DNA of 64,000 nucleotides from Nitrospirota bacterium (GCA_049325335.1 JBMOMC010000043.1:373852-437851), one strand, 5' to 3'; shown: positions 30,542 to 40,699, numbered from the stretch's first letter. Notes: generated by a model not told the origin, from the letters alone. Program-made: numbers and translations.

Positions 30542-32630
30542 AGGTCTCCGACACCATCAGTCGATGTCTGCGCAGCGCCTCGCGAGCGGCCTTGCGGATC
30601 GCGGCTTGCTTGGGCAGGTCGAACAGGAGAAATCGGCGGCGTTTGGCCAATCGACTCAACAACGCGACGCAGGAAGGGTCTTTGCCTCGCGCCAACGCGT
30701 CGATAATCTTGAGCTTCCGCGGGTCCGACAGCCGCCTGTCGTCGGATTCAAACAGGTCCCGCAGCCGGTCCACGACTTTGGGGGTGGGGCGCTGACACAA
30801 GATGCCGATGGCGCAAGTCGCGACCCGTTCATCCGCGTCGAACGTCGCGGAGGCGAAGAGGTCGAGCGCGTGGTCCATGTGCGAGATCTGCCCGAGCGCC
30901 CGCAGCGTTTCGATGCGTACCTGTTCGCTGGTATGGTCGGCGAACGGGATGATCTTGGGCGCGGCTTCCGCGACCTTGGCTTCTCCCAGCAGCAAAATCA
31001 TGTTGCGCACTACGAACCACCGTTCGTCGTTGAGCGCGGCCATCACCGCGGGCGCGATCGGGCGGCCGATGCGCGCGAGGATATCGAGCAGGCGTTTACG
31101 CAACACCATGTCTGGCGCGTTGTTGAGGATATCGAGCAGCGGCCGCACCACGGGTTGACCGATCGTGACCAAGTGATCGGCCACGGCGGCCCCGCGAGTC
31201 TTGTCCAATTTGGGTAAGGCCTGCACCACCGGCGTAATCACGCGGGTCATGGTGGTCTGGAGGGTGTCGCGAGCCGAGGGATCGTCCGATGGAATGGTGG
31301 TGAGCGCGTCGAAGATCTGAAAGGCCATGTCCGCATGGTCATGGACCAGGGGATCCTCGATGGCGCCCGCCAACCGCTCGATGAGTTCCGACTGATTCGG
31401 GGAGGCCGTGGGATGTTGCAGCAGTTCGGCCATGACCGTGACCAAGTGGGAATGAATCTGCGCGTCGCCGACCGGATCCACCAAGTCCGAGACCGGATCG
31501 TGGGGAATCGGCCCGCCGGCCGCAACGCCGGAGAGTCCCTTGATGGTTTTTTCGTAGTTTTCGGGGTAATAATTTTTTTCGGCCTTTTTGTGGAACAGTT
31601 CCGCATACAAGGCGTGGCGGTCGGCCAAGTCGAGACTGTCCAGGTGTTCCATAATGGAGGGTGCCAACTCGGGCCGCTCCCGGCTGACGCTCACGAATTT
31701 GCGGAGCAGTTCCAGGGTGGGGACGGAAATCGCGCCGTGATGCGCCTGGATCTGACAGAGCACCTCCAGCAACACGGGCTCGGATAACTGATCGAGCACG
31801 GCGACCAAGGCGCCGGGCCCCCGGCTCTCCGGGGTGAACGCCAGACGGAACAGCCGTTCCCGGACCGCCGGGTCGAGTCGTTCGATCAACGCGGCCAATC
31901 GTCGGCGTTCGGCTTCGGGCAACACGGCCGCGCGCGTCGCGCCGGTGACCGGGTCGCGCAGGGGCGCCGCGAGGCGCTGGAGGTGTTCGAGCACCAGCCG
32001 CTCGTAGCGTCCGCCCGCGTCGCCGCTCCCCGCGGCGCGGTTGATCATCTCCGCGACCCGCTCCGGCCGGTCGCGGTCCGTTTCGCCGAGTCCCTCGGTC
32101 CGGCTCTGCCCCCCCTCCATGCCGGCTTCCAGCAACGCGTCCAAGAGTTGATCCCACGTGCCGCCGCGCGGGGTGTCCGCGGTGTCCGCCACCGCGCCGC
32201 GAAAACTGACCAATGACACCGTGATGGCGGGAACGGTTTGATGCAACGCCGCGAGCCGGGCCTGCCGCGCGTTCTCGTCCGCGCTTTTGCCCTGGAGCCA
32301 CGCAAAGAACCGGGCGAGCCCGTCCCCATCCAGTCCCCGGCGAACCGTGAGACGCGCCACGTGCGCGGTCGACAACGTCCGCGTCAACTCCGCCAACACG
32401 GGGTTCTCCGGATCACACGGCTCGCCGCCGATGAGCAGGTGTTTGGCGCCCACCGTGATGGTCAGTTCCGGGCGATCCGCCCACAAGCCGTTGAACCGCC
32501 TGATTACATTGTCGATCGCTTTGGGGATCAACGCATGCGTCGGGGGATAGAGCAGCAATTTGCGGCCCGTCTGATGAAGCTCGACGAGCGCAGCCACGAG
32601 TTCGCGGTCTGTCGGTGCGTCACCCGGCAT
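30525..32630 (-). CDS. HEAT-repeat protein with LYPPTH N-terminal domain
   Basis: C-terminal HEAT repeats (LNDERWFVVRNMILLLG, EQVRIETLRALG); stop overlaps the HD-GYP start. Confidence 0.8.
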   Translation of the reverse strand: MPGDAPTDRELVAALVELHQTGRKLLLYPPTHALIPKAIDNVIRRFNGLWADRPELTITVGAKHLLIGGEPCDPENPVLAELTRTLSTAHVARLTVRRGLDGDGLARFFAWLQGKSADENARQARLAALHQTVPAITVSLVSFRGAVADTADTPRGGTWDQLLDALLEAGMEGGQSRTEGLGETDRDRPERVAEMINRAAGSGDAGGRYERLVLEHLQRLAAPLRDPVTGATRAAVLPEAERRRLAALIERLDPAVRERLFRLAFTPESRGPGALVAVLDQLSEPVLLEVLCQIQAHHGAISVPTLELLRKFVSVSRERPELAPSIMEHLDSLDLADRHALYAELFHKKAEKNYYPENYEKTIKGLSGVAAGGPIPHDPVSDLVDPVGDAQIHSHLVTVMAELLQHPTASPNQSELIERLAGAIEDPLVHDHADMAFQIFDALTTIPSDDPSARDTLQTTMTRVITPVVQALPKLDKTRGAAVADHLVTIGQPVVRPLLDILNNAPDMVLRKRLLDILARIGRPIAPAVMAALNDERWFVVRNMILLLGEAKVAEAAPKIIPFADHTSEQVRIETLRALGQISHMDHALDLFASATFDADERVATCAIGILCQRPTPKVVDRLRDLFESDDRRLSDPRKLKIIDALARGKDPSCVALLSRLAKRRRFLLFDLPKQAAIRKAAREALRRHRLMVSETYGRTA

Positions 32631-32760
32631 GCGAAAAAACCATCCCTAACAAGACCAGATTTCTACGTATGGTTAGGATAGGAGCAAGCGCGGGGTCTGT
32701 CAAAATCCCGCGTCTTGCCCACGCATGCACTCGTGCGGTCCTGAGCCGTATAATGCCGGC

Positions 32761-34935
32761 GTGCGCGTCCTTCTGCTCACGCCGCCGCTCACGCAGCTCA
32801 ATACGCCCTATCCCGCCACCGCGTATTTGGCGGGGTTTCTGCGCTCGCGGGGGATCGACGCGGTCCAGGCTGATCTCAGTTTGGAAACGGCGTTGGCCGT
32901 GTTCTCGCGGGCCGGCGTCTGCGAATTGTTCGAGGCCGTGCGCGCGCAACGCGCGACATGGCCCGTTGTCGCGGACCACGCGCTCCCGTTGGCCGACGCA
33001 TACATCGAGACCATTGATCCGATCGTCGCGTTCCTGCAGGGCCGCGATCCCACGCTCGCCGTACGGATTGCCGCCGGGTCGTTTCTCCCCGAAGGCCCTC
33101 GGCTTGCTGGCTGCGAGGACGACCGATGGGCCTTCGGCGCAATGGGCACGTCGGACCGCGCCACCCATCTGGCGGGTCTGTACCTGGACGACCTGAGCGA
33201 CCTGATCACGGCGACCGTGGATCCGCTCTGGGGATTGAGCCGGTACGGCGAACGGTTGGCCGCGTCCGCCGCGTCGTTCGATCCGATCGAGCGGGCGCTG
33301 CGCCGGCCGTCCGGGTTCACGACCTCACGGCTCGACGCGTGTGCGCGCATCGTGGCGCGCGGGCCGCGGCCCGATCTGGTGGGGATCACCGTGCCGTTTC
33401 CCGGCAACCTGTACGGCGCGTTGCGCGCCGCGTCGGTCTTGCGAGAGGCGTGGCCGGGCGTGCCGATTGCACTGGGCGGCGGGTACGTCAACACGGAACT
33501 ACGCGAGTTGGACGAACCGCGTCTGTTCGACTACGTGGATTACGTGACCATGGACGCGGGCGAACGGCCGTTGCTCTGTTTGTTGGATCTGGTTGCGGGC
33601 GCGCGCACGATGGACCGCTTGTGCCGCACGTTTGCGCGCGTGAACGGACGCGTCTCGTATCTGAACGGTTCGGGTGAGCCCGACGTGGCGTTCGACGACG
33701 TGGGCGCGCCCACGTACGTCGGGCTGGATCGTTCGCGGTATTTGTCGATCGTGGAAGTGCCCAATCCCATGCACCGGCTCTGGTCGGACGGCCGGTGGAA
33801 CAAGGTGACCGTGGCGCACGGCTGTTATTGGAAGCGGTGCACGTTTTGCGACGTGGACCTCGACTACATTGCGCGGTACGATCCCGCGTCCGCCGACGTG
33901 TTGGTGCGCCGCATCGAGACGCTGATCGCGGAGACCGGGGAGACCGGGTTCCATTTCGTGGACGAGGCCGCGCCGCCCGCGCGACTGGTGGCGCTCGCCT
34001 TGGCGTTGTTGGAGCGGGGTCGCGTCATCTCCTGGTGGGGCAACATCCGGTTCGAGGCCGCGTTCACCCCCGACGTGTGCCGGTTGCTCGCGGCTTCCGG
34101 GTGCATCGCGATCAGCGGCGGACTGGAAACCGCGTCGGATCGCTTGTTGGCGTTGATGGACAAGGGCGTGACCGTAGATCAGGCGGCAACCGCCGCGCGG
34201 GCGTTCCGGCAGGCGGGCGTGATGGTTCACGCGTATCTGATGTACGGGTTCCCGACCGAGACGCCCCAAGAAACACTCGACGCGTTGGAGCGGGTGCGCC
34301 GGTTGTTCGACGCGGACCTGATCCAGTCCGCGTACTGGCACCGTTTCACCGCCACGCGTCACAGTCCGGTGGGGCGCCGCCCGTCGGAATTCGGGATTTC
34401 GATCGCGCCGTTACCGGACCGCGCGTTCGCGCGCAATGACCTGGTTCATCACGACCCGCGGTCCGGGGACCTCGAGGCCTTGGGCGAGGGACTGGCCCGG
34501 GCCGTGGCGAATTTTATGCGCGGACTAGGGTTGGACCGGGACGTGCGAACGTGGTTTGATGGGCGGGTGCCGCGTCCCCGGGTGCCGGCCGCGTGGGCAC
34601 CGGGCGGGCAGCCACGCCGCCGAGAACCCGGTATACTTAATCCCGCGTCGCGGGTGGTGTGGTTGGGTGAGCGGGCCGCGGTGGAGCGAGTGGGCGGGCG
34701 GACACGGCTGGCGTTGTCGGGACGCGCCCTGTTGGAACGCCTCCCGTTGCGCGGGCCGACGGCGGAATGGGCGGCCGGGTGGCTCGCGGCGGCGGCGCCT
34801 CGGAGGCGGGGCGGCGCGGCCTATCCGACGCTCGGCGAACTGAGCGCCTCGTATCCCGGGCCCGAGTCGTTCGCGAAGTGGACGCAGGGACGCACGTGGC
34901 GGGCGATGCGGCGCGCGGGGCTCGTGGTGGTGTGA
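32761..34935 (+). CDS. B12-binding radical SAM protein
   Basis: TPPLTQLNTPYPA, GGGYVN, CYWKRCTFC (CxxxCxxC), FVDEA, GGLE, MYGFP; TATAAT 6 nt before GTG. Confidence 0.88.
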   Translation: MRVLLLTPPLTQLNTPYPATAYLAGFLRSRGIDAVQADLSLETALAVFSRAGVCELFEAVRAQRATWPVVADHALPLADAYIETIDPIVAFLQGRDPTLAVRIAAGSFLPEGPRLAGCEDDRWAFGAMGTSDRATHLAGLYLDDLSDLITATVDPLWGLSRYGERLAASAASFDPIERALRRPSGFTTSRLDACARIVARGPRPDLVGITVPFPGNLYGALRAASVLREAWPGVPIALGGGYVNTELRELDEPRLFDYVDYVTMDAGERPLLCLLDLVAGARTMDRLCRTFARVNGRVSYLNGSGEPDVAFDDVGAPTYVGLDRSRYLSIVEVPNPMHRLWSDGRWNKVTVAHGCYWKRCTFCDVDLDYIARYDPASADVLVRRIETLIAETGETGFHFVDEAAPPARLVALALALLERGRVISWWGNIRFEAAFTPDVCRLLAASGCIAISGGLETASDRLLALMDKGVTVDQAATAARAFRQAGVMVHAYLMYGFPTETPQETLDALERVRRLFDADLIQSAYWHRFTATRHSPVGRRPSEFGISIAPLPDRAFARNDLVHHDPRSGDLEALGEGLARAVANFMRGLGLDRDVRTWFDGRVPRPRVPAAWAPGGQPRRREPGILNPASRVVWLGERAAVERVGGRTRLALSGRALLERLPLRGPTAEWAAGWLAAAAPRRRGGAAYPTLGELSASYPGPESFAKWTQGRTWRAMRRAGLVVV

Positions 34936-34942
34936 CGGAGAC

Positions 34943-35320
34943 ATGATGAACGCACCGGTACTGGACCACGCGGAACTCGCGGTGCTCGGTCACTGCGTGG
35001 AAGATTACTGCGGTTCGACCGAATTATTGTGGGCGCTGCAACGACTCACCCCGGGACTGACCAATCGCGCGGTCCTGGTCCGTCGCGGCCTGGCCATCCT
35101 TGAACGACTCTTGACCGAACGGTTGATCGCGGCGTTCGTGAAGACCGGCGACGCCACCGCCCCGTACGCGCAATCCTTAGACGGGAGCGATACCGTCGTG
35201 GCCGTGGTGGAGCGCGAACACGTGATCAGTCCGGAAGCCCCGTCCGCGCAACGGTATTGGTTCGCGGCCACGCCCGACGGGGTGGCGCGGTATTTCGCGT
35301 CCCAACAACAGGCGTCGTAA
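34943..35320 (+). CDS. Hypothetical protein
   Basis: GGAG RBS, 7 nt after the upstream stop, plausible composition. Confidence 0.6.
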   Translation: MMNAPVLDHAELAVLGHCVEDYCGSTELLWALQRLTPGLTNRAVLVRRGLAILERLLTERLIAAFVKTGDATAPYAQSLDGSDTVVAVVEREHVISPEAPSAQRYWFAATPDGVARYFASQQQAS

Positions 35321-35349
35321 CAACGACCGCCGATCAGGGCGCGGGCGGT

Positions 35350-35373
35350 GGGCGCACGGCCGTGCGCCCCTAC
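35350..35373 (-). repeat. GTAG-family REP palindrome
   Basis: Minus strand GTAG-GGGCGCACGGCCGTGCGCCC; perfect GC-rich palindrome preceded by GTAG, overlapping the maf stop codon. Confidence 0.75.
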
Positions 35374-35948
35374 AACGACACGTCGGCCGACACGGAACCC
35401 CCCGCCTGTCGTAATGCCTCGGCGACCCGCTGCAATGGGAGGCCGATCACGGTGGACGGATCCCCGTCGATGGATTCGATGAAACGCGCGCCGATGCCCT
35501 GCGCGGCATACGCCCCGGCCTTATCCAAGGGTTCACCGGTGGCGACGTAGGCGAAGAGGTCGTCGTCGCTGATGTCCCGCATGTGCACCACGGCCGTCTC
35601 GACAAAGCCCTGGTCGGGGCGTCCGGGCGCGATGATCGCGACCGCGGTGATGACCCGATGGGCGCGATGGCGCAGCAGGCCCAACATACGGCGCGCGTCG
35701 GCGGGGTCCGTGGGTTTGCCTAAAATGGTCCGATCAACGACGACCAGGGTATCGCTGCCCAGCACGACGGCGTCGGGCGCGGCCACGGACCGGGCCTTGC
35801 CCAACGCGAACGCCACGGCCTGATCTTCGGGCGCCGCGGCGGGGTCGATTACTTCCTCGTAGCGGGGAGACATGACCTCGAACGCGACGCCCAGACGCGA
35901 CAGGAGTTCCCGGCGTCGGGGCGACGTGGAGGCGAGGATCAACCGCAC
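35370..35948 (-). CDS. maf: Maf nucleoside triphosphate pyrophosphatase
   Basis: LILASTSPRRRELL, GSDT, LGKP, DKAGAY.AQG, IGLP; start GTG 35948. Confidence 0.93.
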   Translation of the reverse strand: MRLILASTSPRRRELLSRLGVAFEVMSPRYEEVIDPAAAPEDQAVAFALGKARSVAAPDAVVLGSDTLVVVDRTILGKPTDPADARRMLGLLRHRAHRVITAVAIIAPGRPDQGFVETAVVHMRDISDDDLFAYVATGEPLDKAGAYAAQGIGARFIESIDGDPSTVIGLPLQRVAEALRQAGGSVSADVSL

Positions 35949-37105
35949 GTCATGGACGCGACGCGCGCGCTCTCGCGGGTCCCCGCTTCGGCCCGAGGCG
36001 TTGCGTCGGTCAGCACCGCGTCCAATTCCGCGAGCGTCCGGACCTGCATCAACCGGGCGCGAAGCCCGGGTCGGTCTTCCGGGCCCCGCACGTACCACCC
36101 GAGGTGTTTGCGCATGACCGTGAAGGGGACGTGGTCCCGCAGCCGCTCGAACAGGGCCGCATGTTCGCGCGCCACGGCCCACCGGTCCGCGGAGTCCACG
36201 ACGGGCGGGGCGGGCGCGGGACTCGCGGGGTCGGCGCAGGCCGCGCGAAGGCGGTCGGCCACGCGGAAGATCCAGGGGTTGCCCATGGCCGCGCGGCCGA
36301 TCAACACGCCGTGCACGTGCGTCTCGCGGACGCGGCGGACCACGTCGCTCGGCGAGCGTAAATCGCCATTACCCAGCGCCAGCGTGGCCGTGCGTCGCGT
36401 CCGTTCCGCGGCGCGGGCGATCGCGTCCCAATCCGCGTCGCCGCTGTAGCGCTGAGCCAAGGTCCGGCCGTGGACCGAAATCGCGGCGGGTTCGGTTTCC
36501 AACAACGCGTCGATCCAGGAGTCGATGACCACGCGGTCGTATCCCAGTCGGGTCTTGACCGACACGGGGAGCGCCCGACGGACGTGATCCGACGCCCCGA
36601 CGCGCGCCATCATCCGACGAACGATGTCGCGTGTTTCGGCCGCGAGGCCCACTGACGCCAGGTCGCGGCCGTCGGCCCAATCCCGCATTCCGGACTGAGC
36701 GGCGCGGATAATGGCTTGCGCGCGATCCGGGGTGCGGATCAACGCCGCGCCGCACCCGTGCCCGGCCACGGCCTTGTCGGGGCACCCCATGTTAATGTCC
36801 AACCCGTCAAACCCCAGGGCCGCGACCACGTGCGCAGCCTTATAGAACGCCTCGGGTTCCGATCCGAAGACCTGCGCCACCACGGGCCGTTCGTCCGGGT
36901 GATAGTCCAAGTTCCTGAGCACGGCCGGGATGCCGCGGCAGATGCCCTCCACGTGGGTAAATTCGGTCATGATCAGATCCGGCCGACCATGCCGAGCCGC
37001 GATGAGTCGGAACGCCGCGTCCGTGACCCCGTCCATGGGCGAAAGGCCCAAGATCGGTTGCGGGAGCGTGGTCCAGAAGGACGTGGTCGGGGCGGCGGTC
37101 GTCAT
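35939..37105 (-). CDS. dus: tRNA-dihydrouridine synthase
   Basis: LSPMDGVTD, DINMGCP, SVKTRLG, VHGRT, GNGD, IGRAAMGNPW. Confidence 0.92.
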   Translation of the reverse strand: MTTAAPTTSFWTTLPQPILGLSPMDGVTDAAFRLIAARHGRPDLIMTEFTHVEGICRGIPAVLRNLDYHPDERPVVAQVFGSEPEAFYKAAHVVAALGFDGLDINMGCPDKAVAGHGCGAALIRTPDRAQAIIRAAQSGMRDWADGRDLASVGLAAETRDIVRRMMARVGASDHVRRALPVSVKTRLGYDRVVIDSWIDALLETEPAAISVHGRTLAQRYSGDADWDAIARAAERTRRTATLALGNGDLRSPSDVVRRVRETHVHGVLIGRAAMGNPWIFRVADRLRAACADPASPAPAPPVVDSADRWAVAREHAALFERLRDHVPFTVMRKHLGWYVRGPEDRPGLRARLMQVRTLAELDAVLTDATPRAEAGTRESARVASMTCG

Positions 37106-37269
37106 GGTGCGTGGGTTGGAGCCATTGGCGTACGGTACGCGAGCGCAGGACGCCCTGTCAATCGTGAGTGTGTGCGCCACGGCTCGGCCGAGTCGTGGCT
37201 TGAAGGCGTGGCGTGAAGGTCCTATACTGCGCGTGCTGAGGGGCAGGGTTCATCAGGAGATTCGCAACC

Positions 37270-37725
37270 ATGTTAAATGCCATTCAGGAATTCTTTGACG
37301 CGCGTATTCGTTCCACGTCCGGCCAGCCGGAATCCCTGGAGCGCGCGTTGCAACTCGCGACCGCCGCGCTGCTGGTGGAGGTCTCTCGCGCCGACCATGA
37401 GATCAAGGACGAAGAACGCCGGGTGATCGGCGAGGCGGTGCGACGGACGTTCAATCTGTCCGAACATGACACCGACCTGCTGGTTCGGTTGGCGGAGGAA
37501 GAGGCGCAGACCGCAACGTCCACGCACCAGTTCACGCATCTGATCGACAGACATTTTCCGACCGAGCAGAAGGTGCACATCGTCGAACTGCTCTGGCGGG
37601 TGGCGTTCGCGGACGCGAATAAGGATCGGCACGAAGAGCACCTGATCCGCCGGATCGCGGATCTCCTGCACGTGCCTCACCGCGAGTTTATCGACGCAAA
37701 GGTTCGTGCCCGCGACGTCACGTGA
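37270..37725 (+). CDS. TerB-family protein
   Basis: LATAALLVEVSRAD...E, LWRVAFAD...HEEHLIRRIADLL; AGGAG RBS. Confidence 0.85.
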   Translation: MLNAIQEFFDARIRSTSGQPESLERALQLATAALLVEVSRADHEIKDEERRVIGEAVRRTFNLSEHDTDLLVRLAEEEAQTATSTHQFTHLIDRHFPTEQKVHIVELLWRVAFADANKDRHEEHLIRRIADLLHVPHREFIDAKVRARDVT

Positions 37726-37761
37726 CGTGACGTCGCGCCGCATGGTATCGTCTGCGGTACG

Positions 37762-38319
37762 ATGGAATCCCGCTCCAATCATCTCCACATCAAGGCCTTG
37801 CCCGGCGATGATCTGCCGCAGATCGTTCCCAGCGAGCTGTGCCTGCGGTGTGATGTGTGTTGCCGCTTTCCAGAACGCGAGAGTTTTTTGCGTCCGTATT
37901 TTACGGCGCAGGAGCGCGAACGCGCCATCGCGGCCGGGCTCGCGTCGGACCGGCTGCCCGATCCGGCGGGCGGGCGGGTCGAGCTGGTCCCCCATCCCAC
38001 TGACGACGGGTATATCTGTCCCGCGTTCGACGTGACCACGCAGCATTGCCGGATTTACGATGTGCGGCCGCTCGATTGCCGGATCTACCCGTTGGCGCTG
38101 ATGCGGGACGACGAGGGGCGGCGGGCGATGGTGGGGCTGGACACCAAGTGCCCCTATGTACAAGACGCGGCGCAGGCGGACGGGTTGGCGGCGTATGCCG
38201 GGCGCGTGGGCTCGCTGCTGCGCGCGCTTCCCCTGTCCGCGGTGCTCGCGGCCAACCCCGAATTGGTCAACCGATTCCAGGACGACGTGCGGCCGGTCGG
38301 CGACATCAGCCGCGACTGA
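37762..38319 (+). CDS. YkgJ-like CxxCxxCC cysteine-cluster protein
   Basis: CLRCDVCC...CPAF...CRIYDVRPLDCRIYP...CP. Confidence 0.85.
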   Translation: MESRSNHLHIKALPGDDLPQIVPSELCLRCDVCCRFPERESFLRPYFTAQERERAIAAGLASDRLPDPAGGRVELVPHPTDDGYICPAFDVTTQHCRIYDVRPLDCRIYPLALMRDDEGRRAMVGLDTKCPYVQDAAQADGLAAYAGRVGSLLRALPLSAVLAANPELVNRFQDDVRPVGDISRD

Positions 38320-38325
38320 CCCCCC

Positions 38326-39246
38326 GTGCCGGACGCGTCGCTTCAGCCGCTCGCGCTCAGCGATCGGTCCCGGCTCCAGCCTCTGTTGGCCGCGACCCCG
38401 AGTGACCTCGGGGCCCGGACGTTTCCCGGCGTCTACATCTGGCGGGAGCACTTCGATTACGCGTGGACATGGCTTCACGGGTACTTCTGCCTGTTCGCCC
38501 GGTACGGTCCCCACACCTATATGCCGTGGCCTCCGTTGGCCGGACCGGACGCGGAGCCGCCCCAATTTCCCGCGGCGGTGGCCGGGGCGTTCACGCTGAT
38601 GGCCGGGTCCCGCGATCATGGGGCGGCCGCACGGATCGAGGGCGTGGACGAAGGGGAGTGTGACGCGTTCGTGTCTTTGGGCTACGACATCCTTCCCCAC
38701 GCGACCGAATACGTGTATCGGCGCGAGGCCCTCGTGAATCTCCGTGGGAATGCTTACAAATCAAAGCGTTGGGCTTGGAATGATTTTGTGAAGCAACGGG
38801 TCTTTACTCTGGACCCTCTGGATGACCGGCACGTTGCCCAGTGCTTGGCCCTGTACCGCGGGTGGCGGGAGGCCAAATTCGGTCGGACCACGGACGAGGT
38901 GGCCCGCGCCATGGCCGAGGATGCCGAGTCCGCGCACCGCATCGCGCTGACCGAGCGGAGGGCTTTGGGGTTGACCGGCCTGGTGGTCGTCATCGACGGT
39001 CGGGTCGTGGGGTACACGTTGGGCGGGTTGGTGAGGCCCAATCTGTTTGGGATCTGGCTTGAAATCGCCGATCCCGCGACACGCGGATTGGCAACGTATC
39101 TGTTTCGAGAGTTCTGTCGCGCGCAGACGGGAGTGGAATGGATCACGGCGTTGGACGATTCGGGGCTGACTTCACTGGCGAAGGTGAAACACTCCTACCG
39201 CCCCGCCCGGTTGGTCCGATCGTACATCGTCCGCCGCGCGGGTTGA
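38326..39246 (+). CDS. DUF2156 (soluble aminoacyl-transferase-like GNAT) protein
   Basis: EYVY....LVNLRG..YKSKR...N.F, EIAD...RGL, DDSGL..L.K.K.SYRP. Confidence 0.8.
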   Translation: MPDASLQPLALSDRSRLQPLLAATPSDLGARTFPGVYIWREHFDYAWTWLHGYFCLFARYGPHTYMPWPPLAGPDAEPPQFPAAVAGAFTLMAGSRDHGAAARIEGVDEGECDAFVSLGYDILPHATEYVYRREALVNLRGNAYKSKRWAWNDFVKQRVFTLDPLDDRHVAQCLALYRGWREAKFGRTTDEVARAMAEDAESAHRIALTERRALGLTGLVVVIDGRVVGYTLGGLVRPNLFGIWLEIADPATRGLATYLFREFCRAQTGVEWITALDDSGLTSLAKVKHSYRPARLVRSYIVRRAG

Positions 39247-40139
39247 TCCAAGCGCTGGTGGTCTTCGCCGCGGTATCCGGCTGCGGGGTGGAGTCGATCG
39301 GCCCCGGCGAGCCGCTTCCGGTCGCTCCGCCGCCGATCAGCATTGTGGGAGGCGCGGGGGCGGACCGTGATTTCCCCGACTTTCCCGGCATCACCAGGAC
39401 CGCTGATGCGGTCGGCAACGCGCGGTACCTGGGTGAAGTGCAGAACCAGGGCGACCGGATCGCGTGTAATATCCGCGTGTCGATCAATTCCTATGAGCGG
39501 ATTGATCCGGCGGTGAATCCCGGCGATCCGAATGCTCCGGAGAACTTCCGTCTGATGACCAATCCGGCCAATCAACGGTTCGGGTTCGCGGACCTCTTGG
39601 GCGAGAGCATGCGGTATTCCTTGTTTGCGCCCGCCACGATTGAAACGTGTCTGAGTCCGGGGAACCGGGCGACGTTTGATGTTCCCAACGATTTTGCGCT
39701 CAGCCGGGTCGACAAAATCGAGGCCAGCACCACCTGCGACGGCACGTTATACGAAGGCTGCCTGCCGCTGCCTGATAGCCCGGACTTTGTGGCGCCGTCC
39801 GCGGCGGTGGTCTTATCCGGGACCATCACGGAAGGGACGACCACCGACGGGCGCGTGCGGTACACCGGCACGCTTCGCAACCAGAGTCCGGCCGGCGGTC
39901 CGACCGCGTATCACACCAAGATCGTGTTTACCGCGAAAAACGCCGCCTGGCAGGTCGTGGACGCGGCCTGCGCCACGATTGACGGCGCCGTGTGTCCGCC
40001 CCCGAGCGGGGCCCAGACCGCGCCTCTCGGGATGGCGCCTGGTGACCAGTGGCATTTTACCGTGGACATGTCGGTCCCTCCGACCACAACCTGCTCCGGC
40101 TGCTTCTCGTATCTGATCAATCACAAGCCGGCTCCGTAG
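39243..40139 (+). CDS. Cys-rich lipoprotein with two FxLYD-like beta-sandwich repeats
   Basis: Lipobox VSGC after TTG start; repeated RY.G...NQ...(L/M).PG....F.V. Confidence 0.6.
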   Translation: MIQALVVFAAVSGCGVESIGPGEPLPVAPPPISIVGGAGADRDFPDFPGITRTADAVGNARYLGEVQNQGDRIACNIRVSINSYERIDPAVNPGDPNAPENFRLMTNPANQRFGFADLLGESMRYSLFAPATIETCLSPGNRATFDVPNDFALSRVDKIEASTTCDGTLYEGCLPLPDSPDFVAPSAAVVLSGTITEGTTTDGRVRYTGTLRNQSPAGGPTAYHTKIVFTAKNAAWQVVDAACATIDGAVCPPPSGAQTAPLGMAPGDQWHFTVDMSVPPTTTCSGCFSYLINHKPAP

Positions 40140-40228
40140 CCCGCACCATCTGTTCACTGTCCGCGAATACCTAATCAGGTCTCACCCGTTTGGTGATCGC
40201 CGGCATCCGGTTTTTCCGCACTTCCGGG

Positions 40229-40244
40229 TGGCACGCCCGCTGCA
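40229..40244 (+). promoter_or_regulatory. Sigma54 -24/-12 promoter
   Basis: TGGCACGCCCGCTGCA (GG-N10-GC). Confidence 0.65.
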
Positions 40245-40310
40245 ATGTTACTCTGCAGCGGGCGGGGGCGATGGGCGCCTTCGTTGTCGGCCGAAACCGG
40301 GAGGGGAGCC

Positions 40311-40691
40311 ATGAAACAGTTTGCGTGGATGGTGATGGGGGTGGCAATGTCGTGGATCACGATGGGGCTCGGCGCGGCGAGCGCGGCGCCGAATACGACC
40401 GGGGGAGCGGCCGTGTCCATGTCCGCGGACGCCGAGCCGGCCCAGGAGGCCGAGCAATCGCTCCGGTCGCGGCAAGCCACGGGCACCATCGTGGCGGTGG
40501 ACCAAGAGGCGAAGACCGTGACCGTGAAGTCTCGGAGCGGTGAGCGCACGTTCGTATTGTCGCCGCGCGTGCGGGTCAAGCTGGGCAACCTCAAGGCCAC
40601 GCTCGCCGAGGTGCAACCCGGAAAGAAGGTGTTCATTCGATACCGGGACGTGGCGGGCGAAGCCACCGCCACCACGATCAAGGTGCTGTGA
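40311..40691 (+). CDS. Small secreted OB-fold-like protein
   Basis: GGAG RBS, signal peptide ending ASA, TGTIVAVD...TVTVK...L.EVQPG.KV.I.Y. Confidence 0.75.
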   Translation: MKQFAWMVMGVAMSWITMGLGAASAAPNTTGGAAVSMSADAEPAQEAEQSLRSRQATGTIVAVDQEAKTVTVKSRSGERTFVLSPRVRVKLGNLKATLAEVQPGKKVFIRYRDVAGEATATTIKVL

Positions 40692-40699
40692 GGTTGGAG

